Shown here piece after piece: positions 28,122 to 37,624 of a DNA stretch of 64,000 nt (the stretch's first letter is position 1; each line of letters starts with the position of its first letter). The translations under genes and the position numbers were made by a program. Origin of the DNA: Deltaproteobacteria bacterium (GTDB lineage Bacteria; Desulfobacterota_D; UBA1144; Nemesobacterales; Nemesobacteraceae); contig JAJCZR010000050.1 in the NCBI GenBank assembly GCA_029262295.1, positions 8,411 to 72,410 of the forward strand, given 5' to 3'. The notes under the pieces are model-generated. The model was not told where the DNA came from and made no database searches. It saw only the letters and a list, made by a program, of their open reading frames with translations.

Positions 28122-30103
28122 TAGTTATCTCCTTTATTATTATTTTTTTTAAGCATTTTATCTTTCTCTGTGTATAGCATTACAGTCCATACATATGCAG
28201 AATGACTCCATGTAAGAGGCGAAACACAAAGAGGCGATCCATTTACTGGATGTACCTGCTCTGCGAGCACCCCGGAAGGTAATGCATTTTTTCCACACCA
28301 TTCCAGATATGGAAGTGTTGCTTGAAGCTGCTCATGATTCTCTGCATGATCTATATAATATTCTGCAAGCCATAAAGTTGAAATGAACCATGGATTTCCA
28401 GGAATATCATTTGGGCTGTCTTCTGCACGCTGATATAAATCTCCCTCGTATCTAGCACAGCCTTCAACAGGCGTTTTAAGCCAAAGTTGCTCACGAACAG
28501 CTTCTGCAGTAGAAATCATTCGTGGATCTCTTGGGTCTAAAATTCCAAGAGTTGTTAAACTCAAAAGGCTAATATCAATTACTTTATCAAGCTCATAACC
28601 ACCTTCTATTCTGGAACCTGATCGAGCAAACCGTTTTAACTTGTCATCGTATAGATGATTATTAATTTCAGCAGTCATCTCATTAGCAACGGAATTATAT
28701 TTTTCTGCAAGTGAATAATCCAGAAAGAGATTCGCAAAATTTGCCGCAGCTCTAAGACCAGCAATTACAGATGCAACCGTATAGGTGTGTAGGGCGTAAC
28801 GTTCTTCCCAAAGATCGTATGAAGGTAATGGTAAATGAGTTTGAGGATCACGGTAATCTACTAAGAAGTCAGCCGCTTTTTTTATTAGCTTACTGTAAAG
28901 AGGCCTAATAAATTCTACATCATGCAGGCTCTGGTAATATATCCAAAGCGCCCAAAGAGTCAGAGCCGTTGAATCTTCCTGGATGGGAAGCACTTCTTTT
29001 CCCTCAACCAACCAGGAATGCCAATTACTTGCAAGGGAGCCGTCAGGATTATAATGTTGGAATAAATAACCTTCTTTGGATAAAACGCGGGCACAAAAGT
29101 CAAAATATTTCATACACGCATGCGAGTAACCTGCCTTTGATAAAGCGGCGGCAACAAAAGCGCCGTCTCTTCCCCACATATAGGAATAAGTATCTTTTCC
29201 AAATCGGATAATATCAGAATCATTGGCGGCAATAATAGCACCATTGTTATCAATTTGTGTCCTTAGTATTAGAAGGCTTCGACTAAAAATATCTGTAACA
29301 GATTTAGGCAGTTCTTCCAGCTGTAATGATTCTTTATGAATCCATGTTTGCCAATATTTTGATGAACGTTTCAGGAGATTTTCAGGTGTTATTTTATGTA
29401 CTTCTAAATTTATATTTGCAACTTCAGAATATGACATCCCAGCTGCTATCCAATAATAAGCATTTGCTTTACCTTTGGCGGGTAGTTCCATCCAAATGCT
29501 AACACTGGAATGAGGAGTTCCCCATGCTGAGGCTTCGCCGTTTAATTCCCCATTTTCATTCTCTTTAAAAGTATCTAATTCCCCTGATGCCTTTCTTCTG
29601 CCACATCCAAAATGTTTAACACCCCATTCATCATTAGCCCGGTAACTGATAAGAAAATACCTGTTTATTTTGTAATGGATTATCGAACAACTTCTAGGAT
29701 CAAAATAAGCTGTCCCTCCTATCTCATTACCATAAAGATTGAATTCGTGGCTGAAAAAAAGCCGTATCTGACGGTGTTTGTTTGTAAGGTTATTTACTTC
29801 AATTTTCTTTATGTAGATATTCATGTCTAAATCTACTACATCCGAACATTTGAGCTCCAACTCTAAAGTTTCGTTTTTTAAAAAAACATCGGTCACAAGA
29901 CTATTATTGTGATATCGTAAATCTTTTTTCCATTCAGGCCCCATCCATGAATATTGTCCATCAACCCATACCCCAAATTGAAAAGGATGTCCGTTTGAAT
30001 GGTTTTCCTGCCCGATATAGGGGAAATAGATGTCTCTGATTTGGTAATCAGAATCAAAATTTAAAAGAAATGATCCGTTACTTACGGGGAGGTCTTTTGG
30101 CAT
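28121..30103 (-). CDS. Glycoside hydrolase family 15 (glucoamylase-like)
   Basis: GAIIAAND, YSYMWGRDG, QEDSTA, YDLWEER, GVLAEQV, PLTWSH. Confidence 0.9.
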   Translation of the reverse strand: MPKDLPVSNGSFLLNFDSDYQIRDIYFPYIGQENHSNGHPFQFGVWVDGQYSWMGPEWKKDLRYHNNSLVTDVFLKNETLELELKCSDVVDLDMNIYIKKIEVNNLTNKHRQIRLFFSHEFNLYGNEIGGTAYFDPRSCSIIHYKINRYFLISYRANDEWGVKHFGCGRRKASGELDTFKENENGELNGEASAWGTPHSSVSIWMELPAKGKANAYYWIAAGMSYSEVANINLEVHKITPENLLKRSSKYWQTWIHKESLQLEELPKSVTDIFSRSLLILRTQIDNNGAIIAANDSDIIRFGKDTYSYMWGRDGAFVAAALSKAGYSHACMKYFDFCARVLSKEGYLFQHYNPDGSLASNWHSWLVEGKEVLPIQEDSTALTLWALWIYYQSLHDVEFIRPLYSKLIKKAADFLVDYRDPQTHLPLPSYDLWEERYALHTYTVASVIAGLRAAANFANLFLDYSLAEKYNSVANEMTAEINNHLYDDKLKRFARSGSRIEGGYELDKVIDISLLSLTTLGILDPRDPRMISTAEAVREQLWLKTPVEGCARYEGDLYQRAEDSPNDIPGNPWFISTLWLAEYYIDHAENHEQLQATLPYLEWCGKNALPSGVLAEQVHPVNGSPLCVSPLTWSHSAYVWTVMLYTEKDKMLKKNNNKGDN

Positions 30104-30105
30104 AC

Positions 30106-31257
30106 TTAATTATCCTCAAGAATAGATTGATAAAGTTTTAGATATTTACTTGCCATGCTTGAAATAGAAAAATTATCTTTAATGTGTTTACGGCAGTCAT
30201 CAGGGTTAATCTGATGGATTTTATCTACAGCACTGACCATATTATCAACTGTATCAACAACAAATCCTGTTTTACCATCAACAATAATTTCAAGGACTGA
30301 ACCTTTGTTTAATGCCAATACCGGTGTGCCACAAGCCATAGATTCAATAAGCACAAGTCCAAAAGGTTCTCCCCATTGAATAGGAAAGAGCGTTGCTTTA
30401 GCATGTTGATACCAGAGTTTTTTTTGAGTACTGTCAATTTCACCTATGTAAGTAATCTGATTGTCTAAATCTATTATAGGTTTCATTACTTCTTCATAAT
30501 ATTTACTACCTGCAAAGGGTTTATTTGCATTAACAACATGGTCGAATGATTTTTCCAATGTCCTAAAAAAAGCCCGGTCTTTTGCTTTGTTTTGAACATT
30601 TCCGGCAATTACAAGTCTGGAGCCGGATTTTTTTGCAACCTCGATGGCCTTATCCTGCCCTTTATCAGGTGTGATTCGTCCGATTGAAAACATGTAGTCA
30701 TGTTTTTTAGAGGTACTACTGAATGGATAATCTTCCACGTCAACACCGTGATGAATAACATTCTGCATATTTACTAATCCATGATGCTGTTTTTTTTGAT
30801 ATTCACTAATCGGTACAAAATATACATTGGATGTAGGAATAAAAGATTCATTCCACCGGTCAAATGCAACTTTTTCAGCAGCGGGCACATGTAGTGTCAT
30901 AACAATGGGAACAGGACTTTTAAAAACTCCCTTAAAAATGTATTCCACCATGATAGCATCATGCATATGGATGATATCAATATCCCCTTTTTTTGCCCTT
31001 TCTAGTGATAGTACAAGATGTTTGCGCATATTCTCGCGCTGTATTGCTGTATTCTTACTCCAATATTCACTGAAACTTTTTTCAATAGTTGTATATTGTT
31101 CTCCAACGACACATGAATCACCGGAGCATGCAACAATCGAATGATGACCTAATTTATGAAGTCCTTTGTCAATATTATAAATAACCGTTTCGATTGGACC
31201 GTAGCCTAAATTTTGTTTTATAGGTCGATTTAGAGTAGCTATATGAAGAACATTCAT
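30106..31257 (-). CDS. GT4 glycosyltransferase
   Basis: YGPIETV, IGRITPDKG, FPIQWGEPFGLVLIESMACGTPV. Confidence 0.9.
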   Translation of the reverse strand: MNVLHIATLNRPIKQNLGYGPIETVIYNIDKGLHKLGHHSIVACSGDSCVVGEQYTTIEKSFSEYWSKNTAIQRENMRKHLVLSLERAKKGDIDIIHMHDAIMVEYIFKGVFKSPVPIVMTLHVPAAEKVAFDRWNESFIPTSNVYFVPISEYQKKQHHGLVNMQNVIHHGVDVEDYPFSSTSKKHDYMFSIGRITPDKGQDKAIEVAKKSGSRLVIAGNVQNKAKDRAFFRTLEKSFDHVVNANKPFAGSKYYEEVMKPIIDLDNQITYIGEIDSTQKKLWYQHAKATLFPIQWGEPFGLVLIESMACGTPVLALNKGSVLEIIVDGKTGFVVDTVDNMVSAVDKIHQINPDDCRKHIKDNFSISSMASKYLKLYQSILEDN

Positions 31258-31635
31258 TTTTCTCTCATTCTCTTATGATAAATTCAAATAATATTAACAT
31301 TTTATCTCCCAGTTTATCTCAAAATAATCAGGAGAGTTATTTGATGTTTTTTAGAAGATACAATACTTCTAAATAGAAAGTGATACTGGCAGACTGCCAA
31401 GACAAAAGAGACTAATAATCAGTCGTTGGTAGGATTTCTATCTATGATGATCAGAATATATAATAACTTTATATCAGTATTAATACTATAAAAATTAATG
31501 GAGTTAAGATAAAGCTAAACTGATGTACAAATTGCCTAAATTGTACAGATAAGTTTTTAGGATGAAAGTGTAATTATTCAGGTTGGAATTTTTAGAATAA
31601 TTTTTTGTTAGAAGGTAATATCTTGATTTGAAATT

Positions 31636-32475
31636 ATGAAAAAATCGCAAATTTTAAGACAACTCTTAAGTGAAGATAATATTCTAATAGTGCCGGGAGT
31701 GTATGACTGCCTGAGTGCTATGATCGCAGAAAAAACAGGTTTTGAGACACTTTTTACAAGTGGTTTTGGTATTGCAGCTTCGGCTTTTGGCAAGCCAGAT
31801 TATGGAATAGTTTCATCTTCTGAAATGATTACCTCAATTTGCAGAATTAGCGATTCCATTAACATTCCACTCGTTGCTGATATTGATAATGGCTATGGCA
31901 ACTATTTGAATGTAATAAGGGCCGTAGAGCAGTTAATGAGACATGATGTGGCAGGAGTGATCCTTGAAGATCAGAAGTGGCCTAAGAGATGTGGCCATAT
32001 GGAAGGAAAAATGGTTATTGATGCAGATGAGCATGTTGAGAAAATAAAAGCAGCAAGATCTGTTGATAATGACCTTGTTATAGTAGCCAGAACAGATTCA
32101 AGGGCAGTCCTGGGATTAAGGGAGGCAATAAAAAGAGGTGAGAAATATCTTGAAGCCGGAGCTGACATTCTTTTTATTGAGGCACCGGAATCCAAAAATG
32201 AATTAGAGGAAATTGCCAGCTGTTTTAAACAAAATTATCTATTCGCAAATATGGTTGAGGGCGGGAAAACCCCTGTTCTGAGTTCAGATGAACTTAAAGA
32301 ATTAGGCTATAAAATAGTAGTTTTTCCACTTACCGGACTTTTCTCAACTGCTTTTGCTTTAAAAAACAGTTTTGAATATTTGAAGAATAATGGTTTTTCA
32401 TTAGGTTTTGATGATAAAATTAGTTTCAAAGACTTTGAGAGTATAATTAATCTTGAAAATTATAAAGGCTTTTAA
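31636..32475 (+). CDS. Isocitrate lyase/PEP mutase family (methylisocitrate lyase-like)
   Basis: PGVYDCLSA, ADIDNGYG, LEDQ.WPKRCGH, VARTD, ANMVEGGKTP. Confidence 0.88.
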   Translation: MKKSQILRQLLSEDNILIVPGVYDCLSAMIAEKTGFETLFTSGFGIAASAFGKPDYGIVSSSEMITSICRISDSINIPLVADIDNGYGNYLNVIRAVEQLMRHDVAGVILEDQKWPKRCGHMEGKMVIDADEHVEKIKAARSVDNDLVIVARTDSRAVLGLREAIKRGEKYLEAGADILFIEAPESKNELEEIASCFKQNYLFANMVEGGKTPVLSSDELKELGYKIVVFPLTGLFSTAFALKNSFEYLKNNGFSLGFDDKISFKDFESIINLENYKGF

Positions 32476-32536
32476 ACTAATAAATCAAAGTGTAGTTAGA
32501 TTAGTATTTTTGATTTATAGAGGGGAGTAGAATTAA

Positions 32537-33301
32537 ATGATTTTTAAAATACTTGGCTGCTCTGGTGGAAAGTATAGAAATTTTGGACCTACTGCATTTC
32601 AGTTGGATGACAAGGTCCTGATAGATGTTGGAACTGTCATGAGAAAACTGGATATGAGGGATATTCGTGCCCTTGACTCTCTTCTTTTAACACATATGCA
32701 TTTTGACCATATTGCCGACCTACCCTTTTTACTTCAATCAATAATTGAAGAAAAAGATGGAAATTTTACTGTTTATAGTTCGAAAGAGACAAAGACCGCA
32801 ATTTTTACCCATATATTTAATTTTAGTATCTGGCCTGACCTGTTTCAAATTTCAGATAAGCTTGAATGGAAAGTTTTTAATCACCTTGAAGCTTTCAATG
32901 TTTCTGGCTACGAAATTATTTCAATTCCTGTAAATCACACAGTCCCTACTAATGGGTTTATCTTTGATGATGGAGACTCATCTTTGGGTTTTACTGCAGA
33001 CACATACATTACTGATCAGTTTTGGGAAGAGTGTAACAAGAAGAAAAATCTAAAAGCACTTATTATTGATGTGAGTTTTCCAACTGGTTATGAAGACAGG
33101 GCAAAACTCACTAAACACCTCACTGTTGAACTATTGCTCCAGGAATTAAAGAAGCTTGAAAAAGATAACCTTGAAATTTATGTAACCCACATAAAACCAT
33201 CTGACAGGGCTAAAGTTATTAAGAATATAAAAGATATTGAAAAGCAGGGCATAAGAGAAAAGATCACAGTTCTTGAAGAAGGAATGATAATAAGGGTTTA
33301 G
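32537..33301 (+). CDS. Metallo-beta-lactamase-fold hydrolase, class II cyclic-nucleotide phosphodiesterase-like
   Basis: LGCSGG, THMHFDH (HxHxDH), HIFNF.IWPD, VNHTVP, FTADT, DVSFP, HLT. Confidence 0.72.
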   Translation: MIFKILGCSGGKYRNFGPTAFQLDDKVLIDVGTVMRKLDMRDIRALDSLLLTHMHFDHIADLPFLLQSIIEEKDGNFTVYSSKETKTAIFTHIFNFSIWPDLFQISDKLEWKVFNHLEAFNVSGYEIISIPVNHTVPTNGFIFDDGDSSLGFTADTYITDQFWEECNKKKNLKALIIDVSFPTGYEDRAKLTKHLTVELLLQELKKLEKDNLEIYVTHIKPSDRAKVIKNIKDIEKQGIREKITVLEEGMIIRV

Positions 33302-33304
33302 TTT

Positions 33305-34357
33305 TCAAACGGGGTTTGCAAGCGACTCAAGCTTTTTCACCTGATTCACATCACCTATCACAACAAGTGTATTGCCTGCATTTAGCTGTTCGTCAGGGCC
33401 AGGATTATATATGAAGTTATTTTTCTCAGGCTCAAAAACTGCTACTACAACTAAACCCGTGTCTTTAAAAATATCTGATTCAGCCACTTTTTTCCCAACA
33501 TATTTGGATTTTTCGGAAAGATAAACCTCCGAGATCCTTTTAGTACTGGAATCCTTGAGCATAACATCAAGAAATGAAACAACCGTTGGTCTTATAACTT
33601 CAGATACCATTCGGAATGCACCTATTTGTTCTGAAAACACCACATTGTTCACCCCGGCTTTTAAAAACTTTTCCCGGCTTTTTTTATCAAGCGCGTGTGA
33701 GATAATTCTCATTTGTTTGTTTAAAGGCCTTGCAGTTAATGCCAGAAACACATTGTCTTTATCACTTGGAAGGTTACAGATAAGCCCGACTGCATTTTCA
33801 ATTCCTGCGTTTAGCAAAGTGGCTTCTTCTGTTGAATCACCCTTAATAAATAATATCTCATTCTCACCACATGAACTTATAAGGTTATCAAGTTCCTCCT
33901 GGATTTCACTTACCACCACAAAGCTCTTTTCAGTTTTAATAAACTCATCAATTATTGTTAACCCTGTTTTTGCAATCCCGCAGAGGATGTAATGGTTATT
34001 TAATGATTCAATTTTTTTTAACATCTCTTTTTCCTTTTTAGACCCGCTTAATGTGCCTTCTACAAGGTTCGCAATCAGGCTTGAAAAAGCCCAAAGAACT
34101 ATTCCATAGCCAATGAGTATATATAATACCGTAAAAACAATTCCTATTGAATGCCCTGGTTCGCTAAGATTTAGTAGTTCCAGGTTGTCCCCATAACCAA
34201 CAGTGGTAAGTGTGATTACAGCAAAATAAAGCGCATCAAGAATATTTGAATCAACTTGTCCGTCTGAGAAAGTAATTTTTATTATATGAAATCCCACGGT
34301 TCCGATTATCAAAACCAAAAGGATATAGGCAATAGGATTTATTATTTTTTTATTCAA
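33305..34357 (-). CDS. Potassium channel with RCK_N and RCK_C domains
   Basis: TLTTVGYG selectivity filter; HYILCG, GDST..L..AGI; C-terminal TrkA-C-like domain (YNP...L..G..LVVIG). Confidence 0.9.
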   Translation of the reverse strand: MNKKIINPIAYILLVLIIGTVGFHIIKITFSDGQVDSNILDALYFAVITLTTVGYGDNLELLNLSEPGHSIGIVFTVLYILIGYGIVLWAFSSLIANLVEGTLSGSKKEKEMLKKIESLNNHYILCGIAKTGLTIIDEFIKTEKSFVVVSEIQEELDNLISSCGENEILFIKGDSTEEATLLNAGIENAVGLICNLPSDKDNVFLALTARPLNKQMRIISHALDKKSREKFLKAGVNNVVFSEQIGAFRMVSEVIRPTVVSFLDVMLKDSSTKRISEVYLSEKSKYVGKKVAESDIFKDTGLVVVAVFEPEKNNFIYNPGPDEQLNAGNTLVVIGDVNQVKKLESLANPV

Positions 34358-34358
34358 T

Positions 34359-35198
34359 TTAACTTTCCGCTTTATCCCTTAATTCTTTTAAAACTTGTAT
34401 ATCTTCTTTCACTCCTTCAGGTGGAGTTTCAACAATCATATCAAATTTATTCAGTTGCTTATTATTAATTATTGAGCGAAACCCGCCTTCGCCAATTTTT
34501 CCTTTTCCTATATGTTCATGCCTGTCTTTCCCGGAATTAAAATCCACTTTTGAATCATTTCCATGGATCAACTTTATTTTATCAAATGTAACTGTATTTT
34601 TAATTATATTTTCAAGGTCTTTAATATCTTTATCTGTTCTTAGATCATACCCTGAAGCAAACATATGGGCAGTGTCAATGCAAACCCCGATTTTCTTTGA
34701 TTCTGCCTTATTAAGTATCTCAGCAATCTCCTCAAAGGTAATACCAATTGTGTGACCCTGACCCGCCGTATTTTCAAGCAAAAGCTCCGTGTGGCCATCA
34801 TAAGCATCGAGTACCCTGTTTAATGAATCTACAACATTCTCTATAGCATCACTTCTTTTCATATCTTTTGAACTTCCGATATGTGTCATCATGGATTTTA
34901 CTTTGAGCAGGCTTGATCTGCTGAGCTCTTCCCTTACAAGGTTTATACTATTCTCACGTAACTCAGACTTATGGGAAGCAAGATTTATAAAATACGGAGT
35001 ATGTACATAGTAGTTCGTTAGTGAAGCATGTTTACAATTTTCAAAAAATTTTTCAACTATCTCATCTTTTAACTCCGGGGGTTTGCCACCTCTTGGGGAT
35101 CTTGTGAACATCTGAAAGCACTCACAACCCAAATTAATAGCTCTTTCAGGTGCATTGTATATACCACCCGCAATTGAAACATGGGCTCCAAAATTCAT
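34359..35198 (-). CDS. nfo: Endonuclease IV
   Basis: GAHVSIAGG, HTPYFINLAS, LLENTAG, CIDTAH, H.NDSK, DRHEHIG.G.IG. Confidence 0.95.
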   Translation of the reverse strand: MNFGAHVSIAGGIYNAPERAINLGCECFQMFTRSPRGGKPPELKDEIVEKFFENCKHASLTNYYVHTPYFINLASHKSELRENSINLVREELSRSSLLKVKSMMTHIGSSKDMKRSDAIENVVDSLNRVLDAYDGHTELLLENTAGQGHTIGITFEEIAEILNKAESKKIGVCIDTAHMFASGYDLRTDKDIKDLENIIKNTVTFDKIKLIHGNDSKVDFNSGKDRHEHIGKGKIGEGGFRSIINNKQLNKFDMIVETPPEGVKEDIQVLKELRDKAES

Positions 35199-35270
35199 AT
35201 TAATATTTCCTTAATTGACAAAAATTTATATAAGTATAATTTAATTCCAAACTTTCCAGGAGAAATAAAA

Positions 35271-35822
35271 ATGGTACCTACAAAAGCGTTTATAACAAAA
35301 GGTGTTGGAAAACATAAAGAGAAGCTTACAAGTTTTGAAATGGCACTTAGAAATGCCGGAATTGCCCAGTTTAACCTTGTTAAAGTTTCAAGTATATTCC
35401 CTCCAAATTGCAAGCTAGTATCACGAAAGGAAGGTTTGGAAAATCTTTCACCCGGACAGATTGTATTTGTGGTAATGAGCGAGAATGCCACAGATGAACC
35501 TAATCGTTTAATAGCAGCTTCATGTGGCTTAGCACTGCCTAAAGAAAAGGAAAGATACGGTTACATCTCAGAGCATCACAGTTTCGGACAAAAAGAAAAG
35601 GTAGCTGGTGAATATGCTGAAGACCTTGCTGCATATATGTTGGCCACAACTTTGGGTGCACCTTTTGATCCAGATAAAAGCTATGACGAACAAAAAGATA
35701 TATGGCAGATAAGCGGACATCAGGTTAAAACAAGAAATATCACACAAACTGCTGTTGGTAATAAAAATGGTGTCTGGACAACGGTTGTCACATCTGTAGT
35801 TTTTGCTTCATATAAGCCGTGA
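35271..35822 (+). CDS. pdaD: Pyruvoyl-dependent arginine decarboxylase
   Basis: SFEMALR.AGI..FNLV.VSSIFPP (Ser-Ser cleavage site), YGYISEH; start ATG 35271 after AGGAG. Confidence 0.88.
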   Translation: MVPTKAFITKGVGKHKEKLTSFEMALRNAGIAQFNLVKVSSIFPPNCKLVSRKEGLENLSPGQIVFVVMSENATDEPNRLIAASCGLALPKEKERYGYISEHHSFGQKEKVAGEYAEDLAAYMLATTLGAPFDPDKSYDEQKDIWQISGHQVKTRNITQTAVGNKNGVWTTVVTSVVFASYKP

Positions 35823-35824
35823 CA

Positions 35825-37486
35825 CTAATGCTTTCCTGAAATTAATTCTTTTGCCACTTGCAAAGTGTTTTTCGAAATATTTTTTCCGGCAAGCATCCTT
35901 CCTATTTCATGTATCCTTCCATTATCATCAAGATCATCTATAAACACCTCAGTCTTGTTGTCCTCAATCACTTTATTTACAACAAGATGGTGGTCTGCAA
36001 ATTTAGCAACCTGTGGGAGATGTGTGATACAAATCACCTGGTTAAGTGTTGAAAGGCTTTTAATTTTAATCCCAATTGTTTCTGCCACTGCCCCGCCTAT
36101 TCCTGTGTCTGCTTCATCAAAAATAAGTATAGATCCCTTACTGTTGCTTGAAACAAAACCCTTTAATATTAGCATTATCCTTGAAAGTTCACCACCTGAG
36201 GCCACTTTTGCAAGTGGTTTGGGGCTTTGATCCGGGTTTGCTGAAAAAAGAAAATTAATGTTGTCTTTACCATCCGGTGATAAATCTTTAGTGCTAAATT
36301 CAATTTCTAGAAATGCCCCTTTGAGGCCAACTGATTCTACTTCATCCCGAAACATTTTTTTTAATTTCAGGGAGCTGCTTTTTCTTTTTTCTGAAAGCTT
36401 TAATGCAAGCCCATGTGTATTATTTTCGACTGATTCAATTTGCTTTTGAAGCTTATTAAGAATTTCTTCATGATTTTCAAAATTGGAGAGTTCTTTTTCT
36501 ATATCATCTTGTTTTTTTATTACTTCGTCTACTGAACTCCCATACTTCTTTTTTAACCGTCCGATATCGTTTAGCCTTGAGATCACAGTTTCAAGCCTCT
36601 GTGGATCATGTTTAACCTTATCAAGAAACTCCCTTACTTCATAAGAAATATCTTCTATTTCAATCAAAATTGGATCAAGTCTTTTATCTATCTCGTCAAT
36701 TTTTTTATCTAAACCGGTAATTTGCGAAATGCTGTTTAAAGCCTGTTTAAGACTAGCAAATGCCGAACCTTCTGCGTCATAAAGAAGCCTGTATGAAGTT
36801 CTAAGCGAAGAAGAAAAATTCTCGGAATTACTAAGAATAATTCTTTCTTTTTCAAGCTCTTCATCTTCACCTGGCTTTAGATTTGCGGTTTTTATTTCCT
36901 TTAGCTGAAATTTTAAAAAATCCTGCCTTTCAGATTTATCCAGGTCTAAAGCACTTAATTCTTCATACTCTTTTTTAAGTTGCGTTAATTTTTTAAATGA
37001 TTCTTTATAATTTAATAGTTCATGCATTACTTGAGAAAAATTATCTAAATAACTTAAATGATTGTTTTTTCTCAAAAGGTTTTGGTGCTCATGTTGTCCA
37101 AACACATTCACAAGCCCATCTGTTATCTTTTGAAGTACACTCAGCTTACAAATTGAATTATTAATATAGGTTTTATTTCTTCCACTCAGGTTTACTACTC
37201 TTTTTATAATAAGCTCGCCGCCGGGGCTCTCAAAACCAAGATCTTCCATTAAAGAGTTTATTTCAAGCTCTTTTGGTATCTCAAAAAGGGCTTCAATAGT
37301 TGATTCTTTCTCGCCTGTTCTGATATAATCAGTGTTGAATTTATCACCCATAATAATATTAATGGCATCAATGATAATGGATTTACCTGTGCCGGTTTCG
37401 CCAGTGATTATATTAAGTCCACTTTCGAAGTTGATCGAAAGGGCATCAATTATTGCAAAATTTGTAAGTTTTAGCTCTAAAAGCAT
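35825..37486 (-). CDS. recN: DNA repair ATPase RecN
   Basis: GETGTGKS, GQHEHQ, KVASGGELSR, FDEAD.GIGG, CITHLPQVA. Confidence 0.96.
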   Translation of the reverse strand: MLLELKLTNFAIIDALSINFESGLNIITGETGTGKSIIIDAINIIMGDKFNTDYIRTGEKESTIEALFEIPKELEINSLMEDLGFESPGGELIIKRVVNLSGRNKTYINNSICKLSVLQKITDGLVNVFGQHEHQNLLRKNNHLSYLDNFSQVMHELLNYKESFKKLTQLKKEYEELSALDLDKSERQDFLKFQLKEIKTANLKPGEDEELEKERIILSNSENFSSSLRTSYRLLYDAEGSAFASLKQALNSISQITGLDKKIDEIDKRLDPILIEIEDISYEVREFLDKVKHDPQRLETVISRLNDIGRLKKKYGSSVDEVIKKQDDIEKELSNFENHEEILNKLQKQIESVENNTHGLALKLSEKRKSSSLKLKKMFRDEVESVGLKGAFLEIEFSTKDLSPDGKDNINFLFSANPDQSPKPLAKVASGGELSRIMLILKGFVSSNSKGSILIFDEADTGIGGAVAETIGIKIKSLSTLNQVICITHLPQVAKFADHHLVVNKVIEDNKTEVFIDDLDDNGRIHEIGRMLAGKNISKNTLQVAKELISGKH

Positions 37487-37624
37487 TAGTTATATTTAAG
37501 AAAGCCTTTCAGAAAGAGACTCCTTTGAATTTTTATTATCTATTAGGAGATACTTTGTTATTTATTCCAAAATGGGTTTTGGTTCTAAAACTTAATTTTC
37601 TCATAAACTATCATCATACAGAAA

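Noticed and set aside
35215..35240. Perfect TTGACA and TATAAT upstream of pdaD
   Set aside because: Spacer is 14 nt, too short for one canonical sigma70 promoter; a promoter probably lies here but this pairing is not supportable.
37487..37624. Short minus-strand ORF (~22 aa) between proA and recN
   Set aside because: No RBS and no recognisable features; expected by chance.
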